Shown here in pieces: positions 45,999-56,220 of a stretch of 64,000 bases of DNA. Each line of letters begins with the position of its first letter. The stretch's first letter is position 1. The notes under the pieces were generated by a model. It was not told the origin of the DNA. It did not search any database and worked only from the letters and a program-made list of their open reading frames with translations. This DNA is from a virus. The stretch spans positions 1 to 64,000 of IMG/VR virus record IMGVR_UViG_3300021963_000097; one strand, written 5' to 3'. Position numbers and translations under genes: made by a program.

Positions 45999-46523
45999 AT
46001 GTCACAAACAATTCAAGATTTCTATAGAGTAGCTCAATCAAGAGGTTTTTCACGAGACTTCATGCTACGAGTTACCTCTATCGGGGAGGACTCATTTAAC
46101 GAAGATGATTTTGTATATATTACTACAAAAATACTTCCAGATAGACAAATCACCAACCAACAAGCAACCTTTATGGGGCTTCCATTTAATATGCCTGGAA
46201 CTGTTACCTACCCTGGTTCTGATGGCTGGAGTGTTACATTTCGTAACGATTTAAAAGGCATTATCCGTAAAAAGCTCGAGGATTGGCAAATTAATAATGT
46301 ATTCGATGATAGTACTAGCGTTGGAGACTTATCCGTTCGTGGAATTGATAAGTTAATTCAATTAGAGCAATTAGACGATAAACAAAATGTAGTTAATACA
46401 TATAGACTTTACGGGGTTTATATAAAGGGATTAGGACCAATTGATGGGTATAATACAGAAGGTGCTGGAGCGGCTACTACCTATACTGCTTCCTTAGCTT
46501 ATCATTACTGGAGACACGTTTAA
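45999..46523 (+). CDS. tail tube protein (T4 gp19-like)
   Basis: Follows sheath; 'PG..TY..WSVTF.ND', 'Y.YW'. Confidence 0.85.
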   Translation: MSQTIQDFYRVAQSRGFSRDFMLRVTSIGEDSFNEDDFVYITTKILPDRQITNQQATFMGLPFNMPGTVTYPGSDGWSVTFRNDLKGIIRKKLEDWQINNVFDDSTSVGDLSVRGIDKLIQLEQLDDKQNVVNTYRLYGVYIKGLGPIDGYNTEGAGAATTYTASLAYHYWRHV

Positions 46524-46544
46524 AGATAGATTCAGTTTACTTTC

Positions 46545-46573
46545 AAAAGCCCCATAAAAGTGGGGCTTTTTTT
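46545..46573 (+). terminator. rho-independent terminator
   Basis: AAAAGCCCCA/TGGGGCTTTTTTT. Confidence 0.8.
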
Positions 46574-46597
46574 ATGTTCCAGTATTAAATATTATAT

Positions 46598-47212
46598 ATG
46601 GCGCAACAGACTGGATACGGCATTGCCAATTTTTATAATACCGTTTTGACCCGAGGGCTTGCGCGTAACAATATATTTCGTATTAAAAGTATAGGGGGTA
46701 TATTCGGGGTGGAAGATAGTGATTTATTAATATACGCCCAAGGTGGTAGTATACCATCTCGACAAATATCTAGTTCTATAGTAAGCTTTAAGACTTTTGA
46801 TTATATAGTGCCTATGACAGCTAACTATCCAGAAAACGCTAGTTGGCCAGTAACATTCTACTGTGATTCTGCTTACAGATTAAGAGATATACTAGAAACC
46901 TGGAGTAGATCAACGTTTGATGAGCATAAGAATATTTCTATTGTGCAAGGTCTCGTAGATATAGAACTAGTTTTAATAGAAAATTCAATTATAAACTCAA
47001 ACCCGCTTCCAAATCAGCAACCAGTACCGCCAGTTGACCCTAATACTAATGGTACCCCAAAAGAAATTAGAAAGTATACATTAAAAGGTTGTTTTCTGCA
47101 AAGTGTAGGTTCAACATCCTACAGTGTTGGTAACGGCGGAGAGTTTGCAACAGTGCCCATTAATATTGCCTTTCAGTATGTCATATCAGAAAATAGCCCG
47201 CAAGGCAATTAA
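46598..47212 (+). CDS. tail tube-like paralog
   Basis: 'GLARNN.F', 'W.VTFYCD', 'Y.L.GCF', 'FQY'. Confidence 0.7.
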   Translation: MAQQTGYGIANFYNTVLTRGLARNNIFRIKSIGGIFGVEDSDLLIYAQGGSIPSRQISSSIVSFKTFDYIVPMTANYPENASWPVTFYCDSAYRLRDILETWSRSTFDEHKNISIVQGLVDIELVLIENSIINSNPLPNQQPVPPVDPNTNGTPKEIRKYTLKGCFLQSVGSTSYSVGNGGEFATVPINIAFQYVISENSPQGN

Positions 47213-47234
47213 TATAGCATAAGTATATAAGACC

Positions 47235-47912
47235 ATGAATCAAACTATCCAGGATTTTTACGCGCGCGCTACAAAAAGTGGTTTTTCTCGAGATTTCCAA
47301 TTAAGAGTAACCGATTTCAATATAGGCGGATCCCCTTTATTTTTTGATGAAGATTTAGTATTTATTAAGACAGCAACATTGCCTGGTAAAACTATTTCAG
47401 TGCAAACCGCACCCTTTATGGGATTAACGTTTAATGTGCCTGGCGCTGTTAGTTATGCCGGTTCAGGAGCCTGGTCGATAACATTTTATGCGGATCAAAA
47501 TTTAGATATTAGACAAAAACTAGAAAACGCAATGACGAGAACGTTCGGAGTTGATACTTCTTCTGGTAATATTTTTCCTCGCGATTTAACAGGCAACTCT
47601 ATTACTTTATCTCTTTTTGATGACCAGCTAAACGAAATACGCTCTTATCAGCTACTAGGGGTATTTATTACTGACCTCGGCGCAATAAGTTACAACGCTA
47701 CCGGTAGTGGCGCTATAGTGGAAATACAAGCAAGTATTGCATACCAGTACTGGGTTGATAGTAAAATGGGGGTCGCAGGCGCTAGAGGTGGTCTTGCTGG
47801 CCTTGGCGCAACATTAGGCACTATAGGAACCGCGGCGGCAACTGTAGGTGGTGTAATTAATAGAGCCTCGTCTGCTATAAAATCTATCGGAAATATTTTT
47901 GGTGGTCGTTAA
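47235..47912 (+). CDS. tail tube-like paralog
   Basis: N-terminus 'QTIQDFY..A...GFSRDF.LRVT' matches 45999. Confidence 0.8.
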   Translation: MNQTIQDFYARATKSGFSRDFQLRVTDFNIGGSPLFFDEDLVFIKTATLPGKTISVQTAPFMGLTFNVPGAVSYAGSGAWSITFYADQNLDIRQKLENAMTRTFGVDTSSGNIFPRDLTGNSITLSLFDDQLNEIRSYQLLGVFITDLGAISYNATGSGAIVEIQASIAYQYWVDSKMGVAGARGGLAGLGATLGTIGTAAATVGGVINRASSAIKSIGNIFGGR

Positions 47913-47924
47913 TAACTAATTAGT

Positions 47925-48782
47925 ATGCAACTCTATGGCCCTAAAGCTAAAGCTGAAAATGAACCAGAGTCTGATTTAGTTATATTTGAGCAATTCTTAA
48001 GAGATCCTGCGACTTCAATTCCGTTAAATTCAAACTTTTTAATATGTTTTGGGTCGACAGGTATGCCTCTTGGTATAAAAACTTTTGACGAGGAGGCGAC
48101 TGGATTCTATGAACCAAAGCCTTGGGGGCTTGATGTTGAGAAAAAAAACTTAATAGGCAGTATCGAGGGCACGTATAGTTATAAGTGTTTGTTTGCAAAT
48201 GGAGCTAATTTGCCTGGAGAGAGTTTTGGTCAAAGAAGAGTGGGTATGCAGGATCTTTTTTCAGACAACTCAGGTGGTCTTTTATCTGGGGTGGTGTCAA
48301 CTAGCCGCGAGCAAAAAACTGCATTAAATATTTCATTTTTAGAAACCAATGCTTCTTTTATCGATGCGGTTATCAGACCATGGATCGTTGCTGCGTCTCA
48401 TTACGGGCTGTATGCGCGGGCGGCCAACTCTCCTTATAATGTAAAAACTGATATTATGGTATTAATGTTTGACCATAAAACTGATAGTAAAAGCGTAATA
48501 CGTAAAAAGTTTACCTTTTTTGGATGTGTGCCTACCAGCGTTGGGGAACAGCAAATAACGTTCGGTAAGGCTGATACAACTATAACAAGCGTTAGCTGGT
48601 TGTATTCTAATTATTCTATAGAAACGGCAAGTAAAGCTAGTGGACGTACGAGCGCTCTGCCAGCTAAAGGTATCATAGCTGATAGTATAGCTGGTACAAA
48701 AATAAAGCAGGCTATTGCACCCAAAACGTATTTACCAAACTACATGAAGCTTAGCGGTCTCCCGATTTTTCCACGCGGGTAA
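47925..48782 (+). CDS. baseplate-tail tube initiator (gp54-like, tube fold)
   Basis: 'NLPGES', 'ISFLET', 'F.GCVPTSV'; position. Confidence 0.55.
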   Translation: MQLYGPKAKAENEPESDLVIFEQFLRDPATSIPLNSNFLICFGSTGMPLGIKTFDEEATGFYEPKPWGLDVEKKNLIGSIEGTYSYKCLFANGANLPGESFGQRRVGMQDLFSDNSGGLLSGVVSTSREQKTALNISFLETNASFIDAVIRPWIVAASHYGLYARAANSPYNVKTDIMVLMFDHKTDSKSVIRKKFTFFGCVPTSVGEQQITFGKADTTITSVSWLYSNYSIETASKASGRTSALPAKGIIADSIAGTKIKQAIAPKTYLPNYMKLSGLPIFPRG

Positions 48783-48817
48783 GTTGAATTAAGATTTAAA
48801 ATATGTAAGTTATTAAA

Positions 48818-49738
48818 ATGGGATTTGTTTATAGTGTATACTTGCCAGGCTTAAACAAGAGTGTTTGGGCAAAAGAAATTCCTTGCTCGGCCTATAAAGA
48901 CACAATTAAATCCCTTTATAACAAAGACAGTTCTTCGTTTATAGTTCATAGTAATAGCCTGGTTGAACAAATAGTACCCGGGATACTTCATGAAGGACTT
49001 AATGTTATTGACAAAGTTGTATTATTAGTTAATGCTCGGGCTGTAAGTGTAAACCCAGATTTAAAATTAACTGCTAATTGTATACAGACTAAGCAATCGT
49101 TTGAGTATACTGTTAAACTGGATGAAATCTTTGATAAACTCACCAACGTAAAGTACTTCTCGCAAACGTCCTTTAAAGGGATAATAGTCTCTCACTCTAT
49201 AGCGAAAGCTAAAGATGAGTTACATTTTTTAAACAAGACCCCTGAGCAGCTATATACCTGCCAATTAGCTTCGTGTATAGATGCAATTAAAACAGAGACT
49301 AGCGCGCTTAATTTTAATGACTTAAGCTTTGAAAATCGTTGTAGTATAGTAGAGAGCTTACCAGTACAAATAACTACGAGTGTTTTAAAGCATTTAATAT
49401 CCGTCGAGACAGATAATATAGAACATAAACTGTTATATATAAAATCGCCGTTTACAAACGAGCTTGCAGTAGAAACCCCTCTATCTGTAGATGTTAACAT
49501 TTTAAGAGAGTTTAGCAAATTAGTGTTTACTGATGATCTTAATAATATATACCAGTTAAGCTTTAATCTTATTTCTAATTTAGGTTTTTCTGGAGAGTAT
49601 ATAGAAAAAATGACTCCTGCTGAAATGTACCTTTACTGGGCAATACATCTTCAACGAGTAAACCAACAAAAAGACTCTGAACAAAGCGGACGAACATCTA
49701 ATACTTCTATGTTTAATGGGGTACCCGCGCAAATTTAA
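48818..49738 (+). CDS. baseplate hub assembly protein (gp26/gp51-like)
   Basis: 'RAVSV', 'C', C-terminal 'FS.EYIEKMTPAE..LY'. Confidence 0.6.
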   Translation: MGFVYSVYLPGLNKSVWAKEIPCSAYKDTIKSLYNKDSSSFIVHSNSLVEQIVPGILHEGLNVIDKVVLLVNARAVSVNPDLKLTANCIQTKQSFEYTVKLDEIFDKLTNVKYFSQTSFKGIIVSHSIAKAKDELHFLNKTPEQLYTCQLASCIDAIKTETSALNFNDLSFENRCSIVESLPVQITTSVLKHLISVETDNIEHKLLYIKSPFTNELAVETPLSVDVNILREFSKLVFTDDLNNIYQLSFNLISNLGFSGEYIEKMTPAEMYLYWAIHLQRVNQQKDSEQSGRTSNTSMFNGVPAQI

Positions 49739-49777
49739 AGCAGTTGAAAACAACAGCATAGTATATAAGTCATTTAA

Positions 49778-50572
49778 ATGAGCGATTTTAATAACATTCT
49801 TTCCGTATTAGATACTATTAGTAAAGAGAATACGCTATCTTTTTATGTACCAAGCTTAAAGAGAGATGTACTTTTTAAAGGTATTACTACCGGACAACAA
49901 AAAGCCCTACTTAAAGCAGCAATAGATAATCCGGTATTTCAGACGAGATTTATTATGGCAGCATATGCAATTATTATTGAGAATTGTATTGAGAAAGAAA
50001 TTATCACTAATTTAACAGCGTTAGATAGTATGTCTATATTACTACAATATAGAGTCAACATATACGGCCCGGATTATGCAGTTACACAGAATGATAAAAA
50101 ATATATACTAAACTTGAGCGAGAGTATCGTCAGACTTAAGGAGATTGAAGTGCCTGCTGCTGAGACGTTTACAGAGGGTCAAATCACTATTACCGTCGGT
50201 ATGCCCTTGTTTACAGATCAGTATTTACTTGAAAAGCAAGTAAGAGAAAAAACTTTAAACGATCAAGCAACTGTTACGATTAATGAAACTATAGGGGAAG
50301 CATTTATCGGGGAAACCTCTAAATTTATTAAGCGTATTGAGGTCAACGTAAACGGCCAAACGCAGGATTTAAACTATCAAGATCTACCGTTTCCAAAAAA
50401 ATATGCAGTGTTAGAAAAACTACCAACTAAATCTGTAAAGCAAATTTTAAAATATCTCGAAGTAGTATCTGAAATTCAACGCAAAGTAACCCGTATACCA
50501 GGGGTAGACGAGGCTGGTATTACACAAGATATAGATTTTACGGTAGATTCCTCATTGTTTGCATTAAACTAA
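49778..50572 (+). CDS. baseplate hub assembly protein (gp26-like paralog)
   Basis: 'VPSLK..V.FK.ITTGQQKALL'. Confidence 0.55.
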   Translation: MSDFNNILSVLDTISKENTLSFYVPSLKRDVLFKGITTGQQKALLKAAIDNPVFQTRFIMAAYAIIIENCIEKEIITNLTALDSMSILLQYRVNIYGPDYAVTQNDKKYILNLSESIVRLKEIEVPAAETFTEGQITITVGMPLFTDQYLLEKQVREKTLNDQATVTINETIGEAFIGETSKFIKRIEVNVNGQTQDLNYQDLPFPKKYAVLEKLPTKSVKQILKYLEVVSEIQRKVTRIPGVDEAGITQDIDFTVDSSLFALN

Positions 50573-50610
50573 TACGTTAGGTTACATTGTTGGGTACCTA
50601 AGTATTTAAT

Positions 50611-53007
50611 ATGCCTGAAGGTACAGCAAATCCAGCTCCTCCAATTGTAGATTCTGCGAAAGCACTTCTACAAGTTGTGACAGGCAAGTCTACCGAAGCA
50701 AAGTCATCTCCATTTCCTCCGGAGCTTTTAACGGCGTTTAAAACAAATAACAAGCATTTAAAAAACTTAATTGAGAGTTTTAACAAGCTTATTACTGTAC
50801 AGGAAGAACAGCAAGCCCGAGACGATTCGAGTGGAGACGAAGCTAAGCAAGCCTTAACTCAAGAAAAACCTAAGGAGGTAATAATAACAGAGATTAAAGA
50901 GCCTGTATTAGAAAAAATAGTTGAAATGTTGAAGGGGCTTGGTATATCTGCAAAATCTGCAGCAGCTGTAGCTACTCCAGCTATCGGGGAATCATCAGGC
51001 GGTTCAGGTCCAAGTGATATTCTTAGTAAAATGCGAGGACCGCTCGGTTTTCTTTTTAGTAAAGTGTTTGGTAGCAAATTAATTCCGCTTGTAGCTGGTC
51101 TCGCAGGTTCTTTAGCATTAGCTGTTGGGAGTTGGTTTAATGAAGGACCCTGGAAAGGGCTAATGAAAGAAGTAGGTAAGCTCGGAGTAGATATATTTTT
51201 ACCTAAAGTAGTTAATCTTGCAAGCAAATTATTTCCAGCATTAGCAAAGTTTTTAGGACCGATAGCTGGAAAACTACCAGTTATCGGTTTTATAATTAAT
51301 TTAGGTTCTGCTATTAGTAGAGTTATTGCTGGAGACGTGGTTGGTGGCTTGATAGATTTAGGTGCAGGTATGGCCACATTTTTGGGACCATTAGGTTTAC
51401 CACTATCTATAGGCTTAGGATTCTTAAATGCAGCTCGAGATTTATCAGGTACTACTGAGTCAACCAAAAAAGGTGATACCACTAAGGATACCGGGCTTAC
51501 AGTTTTAGTTAAAACTGTGGCTCCTTTTTTAGCTAAAATAGCTAGCAAGCTTAAATTTTTTCCTATAATAGGTAATATACTCAGTATAGGCTTAGCGTTT
51601 CAAAGCTTTAAGCAAGGAGGCATTAAAGGCTGGTCGCAAGGTATTTTAAATTTAATAAGTGGTATTGCAGGCTTTGTACCTGGAGTCGGCACTGTAGTAA
51701 GTTATGTTGCAGCTGGTCTTAGCTTTTTAATAGATTTAATGAGTGGCGGAGAAGAAAAGAAAGATGAAAACAAAGAAGAAGTTAAGCCAGGCTCTTCTAA
51801 AGGTATATTCAGCATGATTGGTAGTTTTATAGGGGATAAAGTTAAAAAAAGCTTACGCTATTTGCCAGGGGTCGGGACACTTATACAGTTAGGGGAAGCA
51901 TTCGATAATTTTAAAAGCGGTAAAATTAAAGACGGGTTTAAATCATTATTAAAAGCCGGTCTTACTTTAATACCAGGAGTGGGTAGTGTGGTAGCGTGGT
52001 TAATGGATGATAAAGTGGAAGAGCCTAAAGCAGAAGGAGCAGGTACCACTGAAAAGTTTGATGCAAGTACTATATATAAAGCTATTACTGACGGGGTAAA
52101 AGACAAATTTAAAACAATATTAAAGAATATTAAAAAACTACCATTTGTTCCGAACATGGTTGTAGATAAAATAGCTGGTTATCTTGATATTGATATAGGA
52201 GACAAAGCTAAACCAGAAGTAAGCACTGGAGCTGTAGGTACATTAACTGGACCGGCTTTACCTGCGCAACCAGAGCCGATAGATACTACTCCATATCTTA
52301 CTGCGACACAAAATAATACTAGCGATTCTGATTTAATACCGACAGGTAAGTTGCCTCTAGCAATTAATGAGGTAAACAGTAACATCGCTTCGATACCAAA
52401 AGGAGTTGTAGAGCCTATAGAAAAATCTCAAGTTCTAGCTAATGGAGAGAAAGTCAGAAATAATCAACAAACAGCCCCTAAAAAAGATCGTTTTGATGAA
52501 ATATTACCTGGAGATGTTGGACTAATGGCCCCTAAAAAAGATCGTTTTGATGAAATATTAGCTGGAGATGTTGGACTAATGGCCCCTAAAAAAGATCGTT
52601 TTGATGAAATATTAGCTAGAGATGTTGAACTAATGGAGACTAAAAAGGATCGTTTTGGGGGAGTGTTTAAAGAATCAAAAGATGGATACCCAATAACCCA
52701 GCAAGCAGCTGATATTACTATACCGCTACAGCCTAATACTAATCCAAGAGTTCCTTTAGAATCTCCAATAGCCAGCTTAACTGGTATGCCAGGGTTTGAT
52801 ATATCTAAAAAGCTAGATGAATTAATTGCAGCAGTACAAACAATAAGAGGCGGGGAGAGTAGTAATAATAGCGCCGCCTCTATAAATTCATCAACTGGCG
52901 GCTCAAGTGTGACTAATGTATTTAATAATGGCAGTGAAAGAGATATACCTTATACTGAACGTACTAAATATAGAAATCAATTAATGTACTCTCGCGCACT
53001 ACTCTAA
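50611..53007 (+). CDS. tape measure / hub (gp29-like) protein
   Basis: Repeated 'K.LP.IG..I' amphipathic/TM segments; position. Confidence 0.65.
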   Translation: MPEGTANPAPPIVDSAKALLQVVTGKSTEAKSSPFPPELLTAFKTNNKHLKNLIESFNKLITVQEEQQARDDSSGDEAKQALTQEKPKEVIITEIKEPVLEKIVEMLKGLGISAKSAAAVATPAIGESSGGSGPSDILSKMRGPLGFLFSKVFGSKLIPLVAGLAGSLALAVGSWFNEGPWKGLMKEVGKLGVDIFLPKVVNLASKLFPALAKFLGPIAGKLPVIGFIINLGSAISRVIAGDVVGGLIDLGAGMATFLGPLGLPLSIGLGFLNAARDLSGTTESTKKGDTTKDTGLTVLVKTVAPFLAKIASKLKFFPIIGNILSIGLAFQSFKQGGIKGWSQGILNLISGIAGFVPGVGTVVSYVAAGLSFLIDLMSGGEEKKDENKEEVKPGSSKGIFSMIGSFIGDKVKKSLRYLPGVGTLIQLGEAFDNFKSGKIKDGFKSLLKAGLTLIPGVGSVVAWLMDDKVEEPKAEGAGTTEKFDASTIYKAITDGVKDKFKTILKNIKKLPFVPNMVVDKIAGYLDIDIGDKAKPEVSTGAVGTLTGPALPAQPEPIDTTPYLTATQNNTSDSDLIPTGKLPLAINEVNSNIASIPKGVVEPIEKSQVLANGEKVRNNQQTAPKKDRFDEILPGDVGLMAPKKDRFDEILAGDVGLMAPKKDRFDEILARDVELMETKKDRFGGVFKESKDGYPITQQAADITIPLQPNTNPRVPLESPIASLTGMPGFDISKKLDELIAAVQTIRGGESSNNSAASINSSTGGSSVTNVFNNGSERDIPYTERTKYRNQLMYSRALL
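52474..52656 (+). repeat. 54-bp tandem repeat (3 copies + partial; APKKDRFDEIL.GDVGLM)
   Basis: Units start at 52474, 52528, 52582 and 52636; near-identical DNA. Confidence 0.9.
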
Positions 53008-53008
53008 T

Positions 53009-54286
53009 ATGGCATACGAATCAAATCTTTATAAAGCTGAGTCCAATTCCGATTTTGCAACAGGCAAAGGAGCGCAAGCTCTAGGGGCGCCTATTTTAAT
53101 ACCAGGGCCTGGTACAAAAGGGGATGGTGTTAATATACATCAAGACTACCCTTGGACGCTATCTACAAGAGCTGCCCGTAATTATGTACCGAAGTTAATG
53201 CTTACAGAATATAAATTAGTATTATCAAGCGAAGTAGCCGGCATGTTATACGCCCTTAGAGGCGCAGAAGATAATGTAAATGTTATTGCAAGACAAGCGG
53301 GTGAAAATATTGTAAATATTACTGGCGCTGGACTTAATACGGCTAGATTATCTCTTACTGGTCAATTGCCAGGTTTAAAACAAATACTAAGTTCTGTCTC
53401 CAAGGCGCTTGAAAAAGAAAGTAAACAGAGTGGGGTATCAACTACCCCTGCTACTGCTCAAGAAGCCGCTTTAGCGGCTGCCAGGCGACAGGAACTTACG
53501 TCAAGTGTTAGCGGTCAAGGATTAGATGTATATAGAGGGCTATATGCAATCGAGCCTACTGGGTGGAGCTATGTAATGCCGTACCTGGGAGCAGCAAATA
53601 TGATGTCCCCTAATAATCAATGGGGGAAAAGTACTCAAATACGAGATGCATTAATACAAGGGGTGCAGGGTATAACAAAATTAGTAGATGGAACAGCGGG
53701 TGCTAAACCGGCGGCAACAACTACCCCAACAGTCCCTAATAAAACTGGGCCGGACATATTTTCCATGCTTATGGGAGCGTATAATGTTGCAGATGCTGCT
53801 AAGACTATAGGCCTAGCTGTCGGGGGTGGTCTGGTTGCTAGTGAAGAGCCTCAGTCGTTTACCGGGACTGGGTCCGATTCAATAGAATGTAGTTTTTATC
53901 TTTACAATACTCAAGAGTTGGCAGACATACGTAGAAATTGGGAGTTCTGCTTTCTATTTACCTATCAAAATTTAGCAAATAGAAAGGGTATTAATTTATT
54001 AGACCCTCCATGTCTTTATAGGGCTTTAATTCCGGGATATAAACAATTACCTATATGCTGGGTGTCTGGCTTAAGTATTGTTAATGTTGGAGCAACCAAG
54101 CTAGTAGATATTACCACTGGTAACCCTGTTAATTCTAGTGAGAAAGCAGGGGCTAATATAAAAATGATACCCGAAGCTTATAAGATAACTTTTACTCTAG
54201 AGAGCGCGCTAAAGAACGCGCGTAATATATTTCAATTTGCCGCAGATCCTACCGGGTTTGTGACAGTTTCATATAGTGGAGCATAA
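53009..54286 (+). CDS. baseplate tail tube cap (gp48-like)
   Basis: 'F.L.NT', 'PP..Y...IPG', 'IPEAYKITFTL'; position. Confidence 0.5.
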   Translation: MAYESNLYKAESNSDFATGKGAQALGAPILIPGPGTKGDGVNIHQDYPWTLSTRAARNYVPKLMLTEYKLVLSSEVAGMLYALRGAEDNVNVIARQAGENIVNITGAGLNTARLSLTGQLPGLKQILSSVSKALEKESKQSGVSTTPATAQEAALAAARRQELTSSVSGQGLDVYRGLYAIEPTGWSYVMPYLGAANMMSPNNQWGKSTQIRDALIQGVQGITKLVDGTAGAKPAATTTPTVPNKTGPDIFSMLMGAYNVADAAKTIGLAVGGGLVASEEPQSFTGTGSDSIECSFYLYNTQELADIRRNWEFCFLFTYQNLANRKGINLLDPPCLYRALIPGYKQLPICWVSGLSIVNVGATKLVDITTGNPVNSSEKAGANIKMIPEAYKITFTLESALKNARNIFQFAADPTGFVTVSYSGA

Positions 54287-54291
54287 TAATA

Positions 54292-54675
54292 ATGACTACC
54301 AATATACCATCTTTATCCTCAGGCCCTTATAAACAAAACAATTTAACTGAGTTAGTAGAGTTAGATACGTTTAGATATGAAAACTTATTTAATATATATC
54401 AAAACGAAAACGAACAGTACTTTTATAATTTACTTGCAAAGGTAAACTTTCCGGAAGAGATTTCAGATGAGTACTATACTACTTTTACTGTTAATAACGA
54501 TTCAATACCATATACTCTAATAAGCTATAAAGTATATAATACTATATCTTTATGGTGGTTAATTTGCGCTGTAAATAATATTACAAACCCGATTGATTTT
54601 CCTGCTCCAAATACTCAATTAAAAATACTTAAGACTCAGTATGTGCGTAACGTGCTGCAGTTAATAAAGCAGTAA
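54292..54675 (+). CDS. baseplate wedge protein (gp53-like, LysM-type)
   Basis: 'ISYKVY....LWWLIC..NNI.NP'. Confidence 0.75.
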   Translation: MTTNIPSLSSGPYKQNNLTELVELDTFRYENLFNIYQNENEQYFYNLLAKVNFPEEISDEYYTTFTVNNDSIPYTLISYKVYNTISLWWLICAVNNITNPIDFPAPNTQLKILKTQYVRNVLQLIKQ

Positions 54676-54679
54676 TAAT

Positions 54680-56212
54680 ATGGCATCAATTAAAAATAGA
54701 CTCCGGCTTAACAACCAGGACTATGAAATTGTAATTACGCTATACAACACTCAAGGCCTAGCGTTTCCTATTAATCCTGCTGGAATGGCTTCTTTAGTAA
54801 TTGAAGAGTCTGCTTTGTGCTGGTTTAAACGTGGGTATATTATACTGGAGAATAATGAAAATGTTATTGAGAGACGCCCTAACGAGTTTTTTGATAAAAA
54901 CGCAAACTATAAATTTCGTAATGATGGTAGAGATTTGCTAATGGTTAACATAAAGCCTGTTGTAGAAAACGAAAACTCGGTGCTAGCAAATGAAAATCCG
55001 TTTCCTGCAGATCTCTGGGAATTAAGCTATATGTTCTCTATATATGATGTTGAGGATATAGCTGTCGGGCCTACCACTCAAAAGAAATATTTTAAATTAT
55101 ATTTCTGGGAAACAGACTGTCAGATTTTTGAAGAAACTGCAGTTAACTGGAATACAAATAGTGTATTATACCAGTCAAAGCCTGAGCTAAGAGGGAAAAG
55201 CGCTTATATAGACGATAAGACCCGTAGAGTTCCGACTGGGCTAGCGATAAAAGACCTTATAAAAGAAACTCTTGAGTCTAAAGTTGGTCCTCAAGTGTTT
55301 GCAAAAGACTGGGACCCCGGCGCAAGTAATATATTTTATAGTCCGGCTTCAAACAATTTTGCGGCAACAGATTTAAATTACTTGCTTCACCGACATGTGA
55401 GTAGTAATATTAGTGGAAATATAGAAGGCGATGCTGCTATACTTTTTAGAGATAGATACACAAAGACATGGTCGTTACTATCTTTATCTAAGCTCATGAG
55501 TTATGCAGTTAATAACCAACAAACTGCAGGTCTATTACAGTACGAGCAATTTTTAATTACATCTGAAAATGCTAGTTCAGTAATAATACCATCGTTAAGA
55601 CATACCCCGCAAGATCCAACTGGCGCGCGTAATATATATATGGGGAATACAAGTAACGTAGCTAATTTTCAATTTGTTGATATGGCTTCTGTAGATAACA
55701 CTTTTGTGTTTATTAGTAAACCATGCGCAAGCAATTCTACAAAACGCAAGCAATTTAGTTTAGACTTTCAAGAGAATGATATAGAAAACGTAAAAGCATT
55801 TTTTCAGAAAAACTATGTAGATAGATTTAAAGTTAATACTAAGCCTAAAGCACTCCTTACCCTCAATAAGACGAAAACAGAAAGCCCCTCGATAGAGACC
55901 ACCTTTTCTTATGGTACTGAAAAGCTTGATCGCTACCCCGACGCTAGAAATACAGTCTTAAAATCGGCATTATTTTTAAATGGTTGTTTAAATTTTGCAG
56001 TACCAGGTAGTACTTTTAGACGCAGCAATGTATTTATAGGCTTAGATAGAGTAACAGGCGCTATAGATGCAGATTTTGATGAGAAACTCTTGGGGCAATG
56101 GTTTGCAATTAAGGTAACTCATGAGTTTACTAAAACTAGCTATAGTAATAATATTACTGCTGTTAAGCCGCACTCTGATAAAGATATACGTATTCAAGAT
56201 ACTGTCGATTAA
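54680..56212 (+). CDS. baseplate hub protein (gp27-like)
   Basis: C-terminal 'VPG...G.W...KVTHEF....Y.N.I.AVK'. Confidence 0.6.
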   Translation: MASIKNRLRLNNQDYEIVITLYNTQGLAFPINPAGMASLVIEESALCWFKRGYIILENNENVIERRPNEFFDKNANYKFRNDGRDLLMVNIKPVVENENSVLANENPFPADLWELSYMFSIYDVEDIAVGPTTQKKYFKLYFWETDCQIFEETAVNWNTNSVLYQSKPELRGKSAYIDDKTRRVPTGLAIKDLIKETLESKVGPQVFAKDWDPGASNIFYSPASNNFAATDLNYLLHRHVSSNISGNIEGDAAILFRDRYTKTWSLLSLSKLMSYAVNNQQTAGLLQYEQFLITSENASSVIIPSLRHTPQDPTGARNIYMGNTSNVANFQFVDMASVDNTFVFISKPCASNSTKRKQFSLDFQENDIENVKAFFQKNYVDRFKVNTKPKALLTLNKTKTESPSIETTFSYGTEKLDRYPDARNTVLKSALFLNGCLNFAVPGSTFRRSNVFIGLDRVTGAIDADFDEKLLGQWFAIKVTHEFTKTSYSNNITAVKPHSDKDIRIQDTVD

Positions 56213-56220
56213 GTAATACA

